The position numbers and the translations under genes are program-made. Shown here in pieces: positions 1 through 11,954 of a stretch of DNA of 64,000 nucleotides. This DNA comes from Fimicolochytrium jonesii (Eukaryota). The stretch spans positions 186,001 to 250,000 of the forward strand of contig NW_026515683.1 in the NCBI RefSeq assembly GCF_025526975.1, written 5' to 3'. The notes under the pieces are model-generated. The model worked only from the letters and a program-made list of their open reading frames with translations, was not told the DNA's origin and did not search any database. How positions within the stretch are numbered: the first letter of the stretch is position 1; every line of letters begins with the position of its first letter.

Positions 1-420
1 CCTCCCGGGGTTGTAAGGCCCCCGTAAGATCCAGAACTCATCAACAAGTGTGCCCAAACAACGCCGCTATTGGTAGCCTGCCGGGTCATGTGAAGAGCTT
101 GTCTCGCCCCTCAAGAGGTTGCCGGGGCGCTCATTCGAGTGACGAAAGGCCGATGAAGGATGTTCAAGCGACGGGGACTGAGATGACGTCGCGGGAGACA
201 ATGATCCCTTTCCTCGAGCCTGCTGTACCTCAAGCAGAAAGAAGTTTAGTGATCAGTCGGAGAAGACTTCGAATGGAGGAGAACAGATTTTCCGAGGGAG
301 AAAGCCGCAAAACCAGTAGCCGTCGTCCCGGCTACCCGGACAGATGCCCCGCTTTTCGGGAACCCAGGTTGAGCAAACCGCCCGGACTCTTGTGGCAAAC
401 CGCGGCGAGCGGGGATAGCA

Positions 421-1690
421 AACGAGAAGCAACGATAGCCTCCGCATGCGCGTTGCCGCACACTCCATCCGCCGGGGTTTGCAGACGTTCCCATCCAGGA
501 AATCCGGGAGAAGATGCTCCGATTCGTAGACAAGCGTGTCGAGGAGATAGCGGAATGGAACTGCGCAGAAGCCGGAGAAGCCCACTCGTTTCAGCGACTA
601 CATGAGCTCCGCGGACCCCTCTTTCGCTGTAATCTCGACTACGTCCGCGAATACTTCGAATACCGCTTCCAAGGCACGGCGTTCTTGAACGCGCTTGCGA
701 GCGTGGTACTCTTGTCGCTAAGGTGGTCAACCTTGCGACTCAACCATCCGACATGGACTCCCCGTCCGCATCTGCCACCCCCGCCTCCTCCTCCATCGAG
801 ATCATCCTGAACATGGATGGAGTGCCGCAAGCAGCGACACCGCACCTTCCTCGCGCCACCTCCCCCCAAGCGCCGCCGGGTGGTCTCGGACAGCCCACGC
901 GCATCTGCCGCAACCGGCCCCAGCATCGGCAATGAGGTTATGGCGGCCATTGCGCGAATGAAGGCGGAGAACTTGGAGGGGAGACGCGGACCTCCCGCTT
1001 GGAGGAGGTCGCCCCGTTTTTCGAGGAGGATTTCCCAATGGACCGTACGAAAGTCCCAGTCTGCGGACTACAATTGCTGCTGCCCGCGGGGGGTGCGGTG
1101 TTTCCGACCGAAGCGGAGGGGGTTGGAGGTGTTCTTGCGGACGCCCGGCAGGTACATTACCCCGGGCGTTCGCAGGAACTGGGGACCTTCGCCCACGCAC
1201 GGAAACCAAGCCCCGCCTCCCCTCAGCCCATCATCCATTGCATCAGACGCGACAAAGACCTCGGGTCCGGCAGACGGCACCACATCATCAACCGCGGAAA
1301 CCTCTGTTTCATAAACGCGATCCTCCAGCGTTTATCGATCGCCTCAATGAAGATGACGAAGTCACTCGTACCGAGGCCAGCGCAGGCAGCCATTCGGTAG
1401 CCTACGAGGAGCATCCCTTTTGCTGTTTTCACTGTCTTCCTCGACCGAACACCGACTTACGAACCCGCGTCACCCACAAACTCGCCCGTCAGCGCCTCCG
1501 CAACCCGTTCGCGAGTGGTGAGGGGATAAAGGCGTCGCTTTTCGAGTCAAGTCGCCGACCGGAACGGGCACCATTCGCCCTGCCCTCCATCCGCCGGGGT
1601 TTGATGATGCTCGAATCCGGCAGATCCGAGAGAAGATACTCCGCTTTGTAGACACTTGCGTGGAGCAGATAGTGAGGAGGACTTGGAGCG
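421..1690 (+). pseudogene. Degenerate coding-like/repeat region with two diverged copies of one peptide module
   Basis: About 463-560 translates LHPPGFADVPIQEIREKMLRFVDKRVEEI; about 1585-1672 translates LHPPGFDDARIRQIREKILRFVDTCVEQI. There is an in-frame stop at 436-438 and no intact long ORF. Confidence 0.4.
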
Positions 1691-2192
1691 CCGCGCGGGA
1701 GACTGCGAAGGAGAAGACCCAAGCTTCACTCCACCGAAGTTCATGCCGCCCTATGTGGATGGAAGACCCCAACTACGTTGTTCGAATGTTTCAGAACATA
1801 ATTTACTAATTGGACATGTACAAGACTGTCTATGTAGCGCATGTGCTCGAAGACTTTCTGATGCACTTGGACATTCATTTCAATTGGACCCACTTTTCAA
1901 AAACAAATATCGTGCATGATGATGAATCCGATGCTAGCGGTGTTGGAGGGTCCTTTGGCATCACGGCCTGTCGCAGGCCTTTCTGCTGATGCCCGTACCA
2001 CCTTATCGCTCCTCCCTGTGTCTGGTGTGTATGTTACGATAGACGATCCCATATGCGCCTGAGAGCTCATGGAGGTTCATGGCTGTTTCCGCGCGTCTCC
2101 CTTCTGTAAATCTCGTCTTTCCGTGGGAAACACACACAGGTGGGGAACATTGAAACAAGACACCCTCTCTGGCCCTTCAAACAGAAGTCACC

Positions 2193-3517
2193 ATGATAGC
2201 AATAGGTTTTGGTAAGGGTTCACAGCTTCAGCACCGCGAGGAATTGCGCCCCCCGTCCCTTGTCAACCCCCTAACTTTTCCTCCCAGAGGGCTCCGCCAA
2301 CAAGATCGGCGTCGGCATCATCGAACACACCCCCACCGGCGCCGTCAACGTCCTCGCGAACGTCCGCCACACCTACATCTCCCCACCGGGTCAAGGCTTT
2401 CTCCCCCGTGACACCGCCGTCCACCACCGCGCCCATGTCCTCCCGCTCACCCAATCCGCCCTGGCCGAAGCTAAGCTCACCCCGAAGGACATTGATGTTA
2501 TTTGCTTCACGAAAGGGCCGGGGATGGGTGGGCCGCTTGTTTCTGTAGCTGTGGCGGCACGAACGCTCAGTCTGCTGTGGAACAAACCGCTGGTCGCCGT
2601 CAACCATTGCGTCGGACATATCGAGATGGGGCGAATGATCACCGGCGCGGATAACCCGGTGGTGTTATACGTCAGCGGCGGGAACACGCAGGTGATTGCA
2701 TTCGCGGAGCAGCGGTACCGGATCTTTGGGGAGACGATCGATATCGCCGTCGGGAACTGCCTGGACCGGTTTGCGCGGATCCTGAACCTGTCGAACGATC
2801 CGAACCCGGGATACAATATCGAGCAGATGGCGAAGAAAGGGAAGCGGTTCGTGGAGCTGCCGTATACTGTGAAGGGCATGGATGTGTCGTTTTCCGGGAT
2901 CTTGTCGTTTATTGAGCAGTTGGCTGCTGAGGGGCTGAAGCCGGCGAAAGGACGGAGTGGGGAGAAAGAGGTGGAGGAACCGATCACGCCGGAGGATTTG
3001 TGTTATTCGTTGCAAGAGACGTTGTTTGCGATGCTGGTGGAGATCACGGAGCGGGCGCTGGCGCATATTGGGGCGACGGAGGTGTTGATTGTGGGTGGGG
3101 TTGGGTGCAATGAGCGGTTGCAGGATATGATGGGGGATATGGTGCAGCAGAGGGGTGGCTTTTTGTTCGCTACGGATGAAAGGTGCGTTAGTCGTTTCTT
3201 TGAACAATCATCTGCGAGATTCAAGTCATTCGACTCGAAATGCTGAACGCCTCCGATCTCCACATAGATTCTGCATAGACAACGGCCTCATGATCGCTCA
3301 AGCCGGTATCCTGATGTACAAGACGGGACATACCACCCCGTTAGAAGACACGTGGTGCACGCAAAGGTACGTTTATGCCATGACCTTTCTACCTAAACTT
3401 GCAGAGTGGCGCCTTCATGACTTGACCATCCCATCGTCTGGACATCGCAAACACCCCGCTAACCTTGTTGGTGTTCACAGATATCGAACGGACCAGATGC
3501 TCGTCACGTGGAGGTGA
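2193..3517 (+). CDS. KAE1: tRNA N6-threonylcarbamoyltransferase Kae1/OSGEP (4 exons)
   Basis: Spliced N-terminus [16 protein letters not shown] (intron 2212-2287); motifs [59 protein letters not shown]-terminus [12 protein letters not shown]. Confidence 0.96.
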
Positions 3518-4272
3518 TGTCGATAGCTGTGAGTCTACAGTGCGGCGGAGTCAAGTCGGGATGGAGCGCGTCGGGCGGGTGGTACCTCGGCAGGACATGA
3601 AGCTTCGCAGAAGCGGGACACCTTTATACGAACAGTATGCATCACGGCGCACAGATTGACATGTGCAGGAAACGCGACAATGAATGGTCTACCGCCGTCG
3701 CTAGCATTTGAGAATGGCCGCACCAGCCGCCTCTCATCCGGCAATTCCCGGCTACCCATCCTCCATGGGGCAGGTGAGGAGCCGACATCACTTTCGCCAC
3801 CCCTGGCCAATCCCTACGAATCACGCAAACACGCAGGACGCCGTTGCGGGCGCCGGGGTAGCGGGTCGGTGATACGGGTTCGATGCACACTGAGGGCGAT
3901 TGTGGGATATAGGCACTTATGGGGCTACGGACTGCCCTGAGAACACAGATGCACCAATGACGTTTGTCCAGTTTCCGGGGTTTCAATCGAGCATTTCTTA
4001 AGCACTTCCTCCATAAAGTAATTCATGCATGCTAATTATGGAGGGCCTTAGAGAGTGTTTGCAAATGTAATATCTATATGTATATGTGCGTGCCTATCCT
4101 GGCTGCTATATGGTTCGTAGCCTATGTAGATGTGTCTCGTTCCTCCTCAATGTGATTGAATAGATGTGCCCAGCCAGACATCCACCGCAGAGCAAATAAA
4201 CACGCCGATCTCTGGGCTTCCAGCAGGCGCGAGTTCCTTCTATCTGACGCAACCACCAGCCAACCCACCGCA

Positions 4273-5402
4273 TCAAACCACCTGCATCCTCTTCCTAACA
4301 TCCTCCCACCCCGGAATACTTTCCATCGCCCCCTCACCCTCACACGCCATCCCCGCCGCAGCCGTCGCAACACTCAACGCCTCGCCAATAACCTTCTCAC
4401 CCACCAACAGCTCCTGCAACGTCCCGATCCGCCTCTCGCCCATCATCTTCACCAGCGCGGCGAGGAGGTAGCCTACAAACGTATCGCCGGCGCCGGTCGT
4501 GTCGACGAGTTTGACGTTGGAGAGGGCGGGGACGCGGACGGTTTCGAGTGTGGTGTCTGCGGTGTTGGGGCGACGGAAGGAAGCGAGGGCGCCGTCACCG
4601 CCGAGGGTGATGATGACGAGGTGTAGGTTGGGGAGGGTTGTGAGGAGGAGGGAAGCGGCGGCAGCGCCGATGTCCGAGTCGGATTGGGTCGCTGTTGTTT
4701 CTGCGACTGTTTTCTCCGTGGCCGTTTTCAACTCCCTCTCCCTGATCTGCTTGGCGATGGATGCGGCCTCCGACGCGTTCAGCACCAGCACCTGGGCATA
4801 CTCCACTTTGACCTTCTCCACGAAATCGGAGGGACACGGCGCCGGGTTGACGACCACCACCAGCCCCTTCGCGCTCGCTTTCTCCAAGACCCTGTTTGCG
4901 GCATCGACGTTGATCTCGTTCTGCAAAACGACCCAGTCGCCTTTGGAGAAGGCGTCGACGGCGGCATCGGCGTCCGCGAGGGTCAGGAGGTGGTTGGTGC
5001 CTGGGAGGAGGACGATGGCGTTGTCGTTGGTGGCGCTGCTGACTTGGATGATGGCGCGGCCGGTTGGGTGGGTGGGGTCGACGGTAAGGAGGGAGGTTTG
5101 GACGTTGTGGGTGCGCATGAGGTCGGAGACCCAGACGCCGTCTTTGCCGATGCGGCCTGCGTGGTGCACATTTGCGCCGGCCTAGGGAAGACGACGATTG
5201 AGCTTGCATGTTACAGCAGGGAGCTCTGATAACGTATACAACATACCTTTGCCAAAGCGACGCTCTGGTTAGCGCCTTTGCCGCCGGCATGGACGGCGTA
5301 GGCGGAGGAGCCGATGGTCTCGCCTGTGAGGACAATGTGCGGGACGACAAAGACGTCGTCGACGTTGACGGAGCCGAAGCAGAGGACTCTTGGCTGGGAC
5401 AT
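4273..5402 (-). CDS. RBK1: Ribokinase (PfkB family), one intron near 5184-5246
   Basis: N-terminal GSVNVD and GGKGANQSVALAK; LQNEI; ITLGGDGA; PfkB signature VDTTGAGDTFVG. Confidence 0.9.
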
Positions 5403-5705
5403 TGCTTTGAACTGCGGGGGGCGGGCGAGAGCGGTGGGCAGTGAAATGTTCTGAAGCTGGAAGACCGTTCAAGGGTTGCTGTTGGAGCCGTCAGCTTGAA
5501 AAAAGCTCCTCATTTCCAGGATGCGCGCGTGACTCGCGGAATTGAGGAATTGGGCCCACGCGCACGCGTAACACTCGAATAGGACGGCATTATAGTTGGG
5601 CCAGCGAGGCATATGTACTGTACATCGCAAGGAACGTCAGGTAGCGCCAAACAAGAGCTCGCCCCGATCCGCAAACGCAAACAATAAGTATATCCACCTT
5701 CCACA

Positions 5706-8182
5706 TCACCCATCCACATCCATAGGCACGGCGTCACCACCCTCACCCCGCCTCCCGACCTCCTCACAAAGTGTCCCAAACACCAAACTCATATCCATCG
5801 TCACATTCGCATATCGCTCCAGTCTCTCCCTCGCAGCCTCAATCTCCTGGTCACTTCCACTCCCCCAAACAAGCGGCGACGGCACGCCGTGGTGATGCAG
5901 GCCTTCGAGGCGGATCTGGATGCGCGAATCGCCGTCGATGTTGGTGGTTAGCCGGAGTGTGACGGGAGGTGTTGGATCTGATTCGTTTGCCGAGCGGATG
6001 CTGATGTCGAAGATGAGCTGGGTCGGTGGCGTCCATTCCACCAGCGTTGCCGTCATGGTATGCGAGTTTACCAGGGCGACATCATTCCCGGTATCTTCGG
6101 TATCAATTGACCACCCTGCGGTGTGAACATTGAAGCATGACGCAACAAGGTAATTGAACACCAGTTGTCGTCGCACGATCTTTAGGATCGCATGCAACTG
6201 GGATGAGTTGGTAAATGGGACCTTGCGGATGCTTAGACCCGGTAAGGATGGAGCGGACGGGGAAAACACCATGTACTGGGTGGTTGTTGCTGCTAGTGGT
6301 GCAGGTGAGGGAGTGGTAAAGAGCGATTTGCCGATAAGGTACGGTAGGAGTTCCGCCTCTTCAGGTGTCCCTCCATTCATCTGTTGATTGAGTTATGCAA
6401 AGTTTTTGAGAATATGGATCGAGCAATATTCGAAACATCTATAGTACCTACCAACAACTCCAAAAACGTCCCAGTCGCATTTGTCTCCCTCAGGGCTCCT
6501 TCATTACCAGGCCCATCCGCAAAGACAGCGAGGTCGTCGCCCGTCGCAACCGCCGCCGGGATCGCGGGCTCGAAGCGGAGGAAGTACGAGACATTGGACC
6601 AGTCCTGGGATGTGGGCAGCGGTTGGCGGAAATGGAGCGGGGCCATGTTGCGCCAAGACGTGCTTTGTATTATGGAGTAGTCCCTGAGAACAAGCATGAC
6701 GCAGGATGAGTATCGCGGTAGTGTGAAGGATCCTCCTGGCAACTCAAAGCAGTACCTCGGGTCCGTGGCAGGAGGCTCATCCTCATCCCGCACAAGATGC
6801 CGAGTAACATTCGAAGCCAGGGTAGGTACCGGTTGCCCAGAGGGTTTCAATTCAACGAATGCTCTAAACACATCGTCGCGCGGCAGCGAGGGCCACGAGT
6901 CGACGTCCAGCAGAGTAGCAGGGCTCGCCCAGTAAGCTATTGATATTCCAAACTGCCTCTCGTGCATTGCAGGCAGTCCATGGCCTTCCAGCATCACGGA
7001 ACGGTAGTCGTTCCCGCTTTGCACCCTAATACGGCATGACATCTCAGTTTACACGCTCCATCATCGAGGATCTAGACCCACTCCACCCCGAACTACTCAC
7101 AGTTCGAGCTTCAGTATATCGCTCAAATCGTTCTCGATGCAATGCAGCTGATGAAATGCGGAGTGCTTATCCAGAAATGCGAGCGTCATAAGCGTTTCCC
7201 TGAACGCGTTATAGTTCCCAATCCTGAGATATGGATGGAAAGAGAAAATGGTCAACCCCGCCGCACATGAACGACTCGTGGGAATAAGAACTGATGCGTA
7301 CGTCAGCATGCCATGCAACATTCCATCTGCCTCTTCGAGTGGGATGGAGTTCGAGCTCAGCTTCTGTGATTATATCACGATCTCCTCGCGAGACCGTCGT
7401 CTAGAAGCTCACCAGTTCGTGTTGTTCATCCTGCATATGCGTTTCGGTTGCATATGACAGTCTAGTCATTTTGACTTTCCCATCCAGGAAGATCTCCGCC
7501 TGCCAAGGGCCGATGTTTCAGTTTCAAGGATCCCCAAGATTTCCTTCCGCTCTTGAGAAACCTTACATCAATAACAAATATGTTCCCACAGATAGTGACG
7601 GTTGAAAACGCCGCATCATCGTCTCGGTGCTCATAGAATTGCAGCTCACACTCCTCCGTAAGAGACTTTAGTTTCGCGATGGTGGCGTTGAAGTCGAGGT
7701 TCGGCTCGTAGGCTGCTGGATGGTCTTTTAGGATGTTGAATAGACACACTCGTAAAGCCGCTTCGTAGTGTTGGGTGCTCGTCTCCATGGCTGCTCTTCT
7801 CTGGGCGATCAAGAAAGAAAGTGAGCGCCCCGATGAACAACAGGGAAAGGTAAAGCGGACAGGATGTGCTTCCACGCTACACGCACCTCGGACAAACCCA
7901 GAACATCCTGATTCCGGTAGTCCTGCACATCAGCCTCCAACTTCGTCACCAACGCTGCGACATCGTTCTGCGAGCCGTAGGGGTTTGCAGTTGTTGTGAA
8001 TGCGCCTGCCGCTGCGTTGAGAGTAAAATGTGGTGAGAATGGAAGTTTCAAGTGGAAGAGCAACGGAAGGAGACGCAGGGCATGCCCCACCTACAATTTT
8101 GGGTTTGCTGGGGTGCTGAAGGGTCCGTGGCTTCCGTTTGGAAAGCGGTACCTGCTGTGCGAGTGGTCGTTGTGGATAGCAT
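5706..8182 (-). CDS. MED1: Mediator subunit Med1-like, multi-exon; start codon uncertain
   Basis: Exonic peptides TVTICGNIFVIDV, FRETLMTLAFLDK, LHCIENDL, GHGLPAMH...ISIAYW and IRKVPFTNSSQLHAILKIVRRQLVFNYLVASCF resemble fungal Med1. Confidence 0.72.
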
Positions 8183-8301
8183 TCCTTTGCGGCTGCAGGC
8201 TCCCTGAAAGTTTTACTCGTTTTTGGCCAAAGGGGGACGAGAAGGGAGACCAGGACGAGGACAGCAAGGAGTGTTGGACCCGTTCTTCTTTCTTCGACAT
8301 C

Positions 8302-9261
8302 ATGCTTTCCCCATCGCCGCCAGGAGACACTCTCTCAGAGACTCCGCCTCAGAAACAACTCTTCCCGATGTCAGCGAGGCCCAAACGGAAAGCCGCCGAA
8401 GCCGCCATTGCCAAACTCACCACGTCTCAGGACCAAAAACCGAAACGTCAACGGACCACGACGACATTCAAACCAGTGACTTCTTCGCCAGCGCCTGTAA
8501 CATCACCTTCACCAGCACCCCAGGACCGCACGGCTCAGAAGTCGAAGTTGAAGCAAAAGAAGAAGCCCCCGGCGAAAGCAAAGGTCACTGCAGCCGATGA
8601 GGAACCATCCAACGCGTTAGCAGCTTCATCCACAGGACCCCAATACTGGCTTATAAAAGCAGAACCAGAGACCAGGATTGAAAACGGGGTAGACGTCAAA
8701 TTCAGCATCGACGACCTGCGCGAGAAGAAGATATCGCAATGGGACGGCGTCAGGAACTTCGAAGCACGGAATATCATGCGCGATAAGATGAAAATCGGCG
8801 ATCTGTGCTTCTTCTATCACTCGAATTGCAAACTGCCGGGGATCGCTGGCATCGCTGAGGTCGTTAGGGAGGGCTATCCCGATTACACGGCTTTCGACCC
8901 TAAGCACCCGTATTTTGACCCGAAATCGGACACGGATAACCCGAAATGGATGATGGTGGATGTTCGCTTTGTGCGGAAGTTGCGACGTTTCATCAGTCTC
9001 AAGGAGTTGCAGCAGTTACAGGCGCAGGCTATTGAATCCCAAACAGCTGACAAGCGAAAAGGAAAGCGCGGACAAGCAGATGGGGATGATGACGGAAAGG
9101 ACAGCGATGGAGACGTTACAGAGGGAAAAGTGCCCGCGGTGGCCTTGAAGGACATGTTTCTCCTCCGTCGCGGCAGGCTCTCGGTGCAGCCAGTTCGTCC
9201 GGTGGAGTGGGACTATATTCTGAGCCTGGAGGGAGACGAAGAGGGCAGTGTTGAGACATAG
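8302..9261 (+). CDS. EVE-domain (PUA-like) protein, thymocyte nuclear protein 1-like; alternative start at 8368
   Basis: YWLIKAEPE, FSIDDL, WDGVRNFEARN, GDLCFFYHSNCK, YFDPKS...PKWMMVDV, RLSVQPV; basic N-terminal NLS-like region. Confidence 0.92.
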   Translation: MLSPSPPGDTLSETPPQKQLFPMSARPKRKAAEAAIAKLTTSQDQKPKRQRTTTTFKPVTSSPAPVTSPSPAPQDRTAQKSKLKQKKKPPAKAKVTAADEEPSNALAASSTGPQYWLIKAEPETRIENGVDVKFSIDDLREKKISQWDGVRNFEARNIMRDKMKIGDLCFFYHSNCKLPGIAGIAEVVREGYPDYTAFDPKHPYFDPKSDTDNPKWMMVDVRFVRKLRRFISLKELQQLQAQAIESQTADKRKGKRGQADGDDDGKDSDGDVTEGKVPAVALKDMFLLRRGRLSVQPVRPVEWDYILSLEGDEEGSVET

Positions 9262-10053
9262 TAGATGTTGTGTCAGCCGGCAGCGGACGACGATGGATCA
9301 AACGACGAAGGCAGTCCCTTTACGGTGCCGTCCGGTCTGATCCGCGTAAGCTGTCGCCATGTCGGCGAAGAATTTGGGGAATGGAGGTTCTCTGTAAACC
9401 AACAATAACCCGCCACACAATCATCAGCTTGGCCGGAATGCCCATCGTATCCTAATGCAATACTGTCCGAGCGGTGTCTTGTATATACAATTCCTTATGT
9501 GATGCAAGTCATGCAATGCTGCAGACGCAAATATTCGCAGGATAACGAATAGGAAGGATTGACGGTTGAGACACTCGAGTCCGTTATAATGATTTCAAAG
9601 TGTGGCTTTTCGAGTATCGCCGGTACCGCCGGTACCGCCGGTCTCTTGGAAAAGCGACAAGGAGAAACTAATCAATGGCTTTTTTTTTGGATATGCATTT
9701 GATCTTCAGGCGTTGAATCGGATGACTATTTACATATGTATAGAGAGACCAAAGAGGAAAGAACAAAGGCGACAGGGAAATACGGTGTAATCTAATCTAG
9801 GGTATATCTCTCATCCGGGAAGACTACGGGATCAGGGACGGGTACCGAGAAGGATACTTCTTGAGGAGCATCGGATTGCTTGACCAGGGGATGAAAGTTG
9901 AACCGGCTTGATGCCGGTGGGCTCGCGATTGTGCGTCGTAAGGCATACCATCTCATCTTTCAGTCCTCGTCACTCTGGCTCAAAGCTTTGTAGGTAACCG
10001 AAATGGCAGCAGTGCTGTGCGTTGCTATCAGCGTTGGTGTTTTGCGGGCGACT

Positions 10054-10428
10054 TTAGGAAGCTTCAGCGGCCGCGGTACTGATAGGAACAACCGCGGCGG
10101 GCAAGCCGGTGCGTGAGGGGGCGGAACCGGTGTCTGGCCTTTCCTGGTAGCCTGCGGGGCGGCAGCTCGGCATCGAATGACCGCCGCCGCGATAGCAGAT
10201 AAGTTCGCCCTGGCAGTCGCCGTCGCTCGCACAGAACGCCCCTTCTGTTCCCCAAACGCAAACCCTGCGACCGTTGAATTTACTGGCACTGCACCACGAA
10301 CCATCGAAGCAGTCATTGTCGCTTTTGCACCACTGGATCTGTCGGCGATCCAGGGAAGGGAATGGCGAGGCCACAGCCGAGATGGCCAGGAGGGCGACGG
10401 CGGAAAGGGAAAGCAGGATAGTCTTCAT
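10054..10428 (-). CDS. Small secreted cysteine-rich protein (~124 aa)
   Basis: Signal-peptide-like MKTILLSLSAVALLAISAVAS, dibasic RR site, 8 Cys in two C-x5-C-x5-C-x10-C units, upstream TATA box. Confidence 0.75.
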   Translation of the reverse strand: MKTILLSLSAVALLAISAVASPFPSLDRRQIQWCKSDNDCFDGSWCSASKFNGRRVCVWGTEGAFCASDGDCQGELICYRGGGHSMPSCRPAGYQERPDTGSAPSRTGLPAAVVPISTAAAEAS

Positions 10429-10520
10429 CTTGAACAGGCGGCGAAAGGTTGGAAGCGTGTTTGAGTCGGATAGCACACAGAGATAAGAACAGTTCGCAAG
10501 GGGTCAGCTTGCTGAGTTGC

Positions 10521-10527
10521 TTTTATA
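10521..10527 (-). promoter_or_regulatory. TATA box upstream of the secreted Cys-rich gene
   Basis: The minus strand reads TATAAAA about 95 bp upstream of the ATG at 10428. Confidence 0.5.
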
Positions 10528-10909
10528 GACCCCGGAAGCCCGTTGTGGGTACAATACAGATTCCTCCCATCGCCCTTGCTGGAAGAATGCTGGCAAGGTT
10601 GACATCACAAGCACTAACATTCACTTGCAAGCTATGTCGCTCCCAGATGGTTTCGGGCCGCAGTGCCTTACAAGACCTCTCACAGGAAGATCACGGGGGA
10701 GAACGAAGGTCCCCAAATCCTCTCCGCGGTGGTATTGACAATTGAATATGTACATACATGATATGTCGCAGGTAGTATGTACATACGTACATGCGTACAT
10801 ACATCACATGATACTACCTGCGACTCATCGCTTCGCGATGCAATCTTGCCGATGTCGGACGTTGCCATCGGAGGTGATGGGTACGGAGGACCATCACCGC
10901 TGGTACATA

Positions 10910-11088
10910 CAGTCTGTTGCCATAAAGCAGGTCGCAGTCGGCCCCAGCGGTTGTTGCCTAGGACAGTGACAGATCTAGTTTAGATTAGGGGTCCTAATAC
11001 TGTGAATATGAGGATGATGGGTGCAAATGATCAGCCGCGAGGACACTGACTTGATTTCTGGGGCGACCTGCTTTATGGCAACAGACTG
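10910..11088. mobile_element. Tc1/mariner-type MITE, 179 bp
   Basis: Perfect 26-bp TIRs CAGTCTGTTGCCATAAAGCAGGTCGC (10910-10935 and 11063-11088), flanked by TA on both sides (10908-09, 11089-90). Confidence 0.85.
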
Positions 11089-11954
11089 TACAGTACATCC
11101 GATCGGGTGCCGGCGATGACTCTGGCGCATCCGGAGCGCGATATGCCGCGGGGCGGCCGCTGGTACCTTACTGTACCGGTGCGACCGTGGGCCACGGAGG
11201 CCACGGAGGTCGCAGGCCCACGGAGCGGCTCCGGAGGCTCTAGGGTACACGGCGACCCTAGACACCGTGTAGGGTTGTCTGGACCGTCTTGGAACCCACA
11301 CAAGAATGTCCAAATACATCATTACCCATTACCCCATCTGGATATGATGGAGAGGCAAACCCCAAAACTTTTCCTAATGCTGGAGAAGGAAGTGGGAGTT
11401 CAGTGCGACATTTCTCTGAAAAAGTACGGGTGTTGCCTTTATTCAATTACAATCCACATAGTGACAAGAGGCCGATGTCACGCGATATAGTTGCATGGAT
11501 ACAAAAGTTTTTCAAATATGGCGATAAGGTCTTTCTTAAAATCCCCCACGGTCATGGACACGATGAGATGTCCCGTTGGCTCATTTGAAATGGTAATGTT
11601 TTTGTTGAACTTGTGGATTGGGTCGATAATCAGGATCGGGTCAGAAGTTCCTCTGATGATACAGTATCCGAAAGTCAAGCAACTTTCTCAGTTTCCCTAG
11701 GTCAGAACCCTGTCGAGAATGGTCCACCACCATACTGCAACGCTCTGACAGGGAATTGAATGTACTCATCATATAAGTTGAGATGATAAATCACTGTATT
11801 TGAGCAAACGTAAAAACATGTTGAACACTCTTCGCTCATTCGAGCCCTGGGCACGTGACCATCACCGGCAATTTGTGCGCAAGTTCATGAAACATGTGTA
11901 CTCGGTTGTTTTTCACAGCTTCGTTTACAGAATACAATACGCCTGCTCGTCCCC

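Noticed and set aside
2193..9261. KAE1 + EVE + ribokinase as a nucleic-acid-modification or defence cluster
   Set aside because: All are ordinary housekeeping genes, separated by Med1; adjacency is expected in a compact genome.
11289..11700. Short lower-GC ORFs as a transposase fragment for the adjacent MITE
   Set aside because: They lie outside the TIRs and show no DDE or HTH motif.
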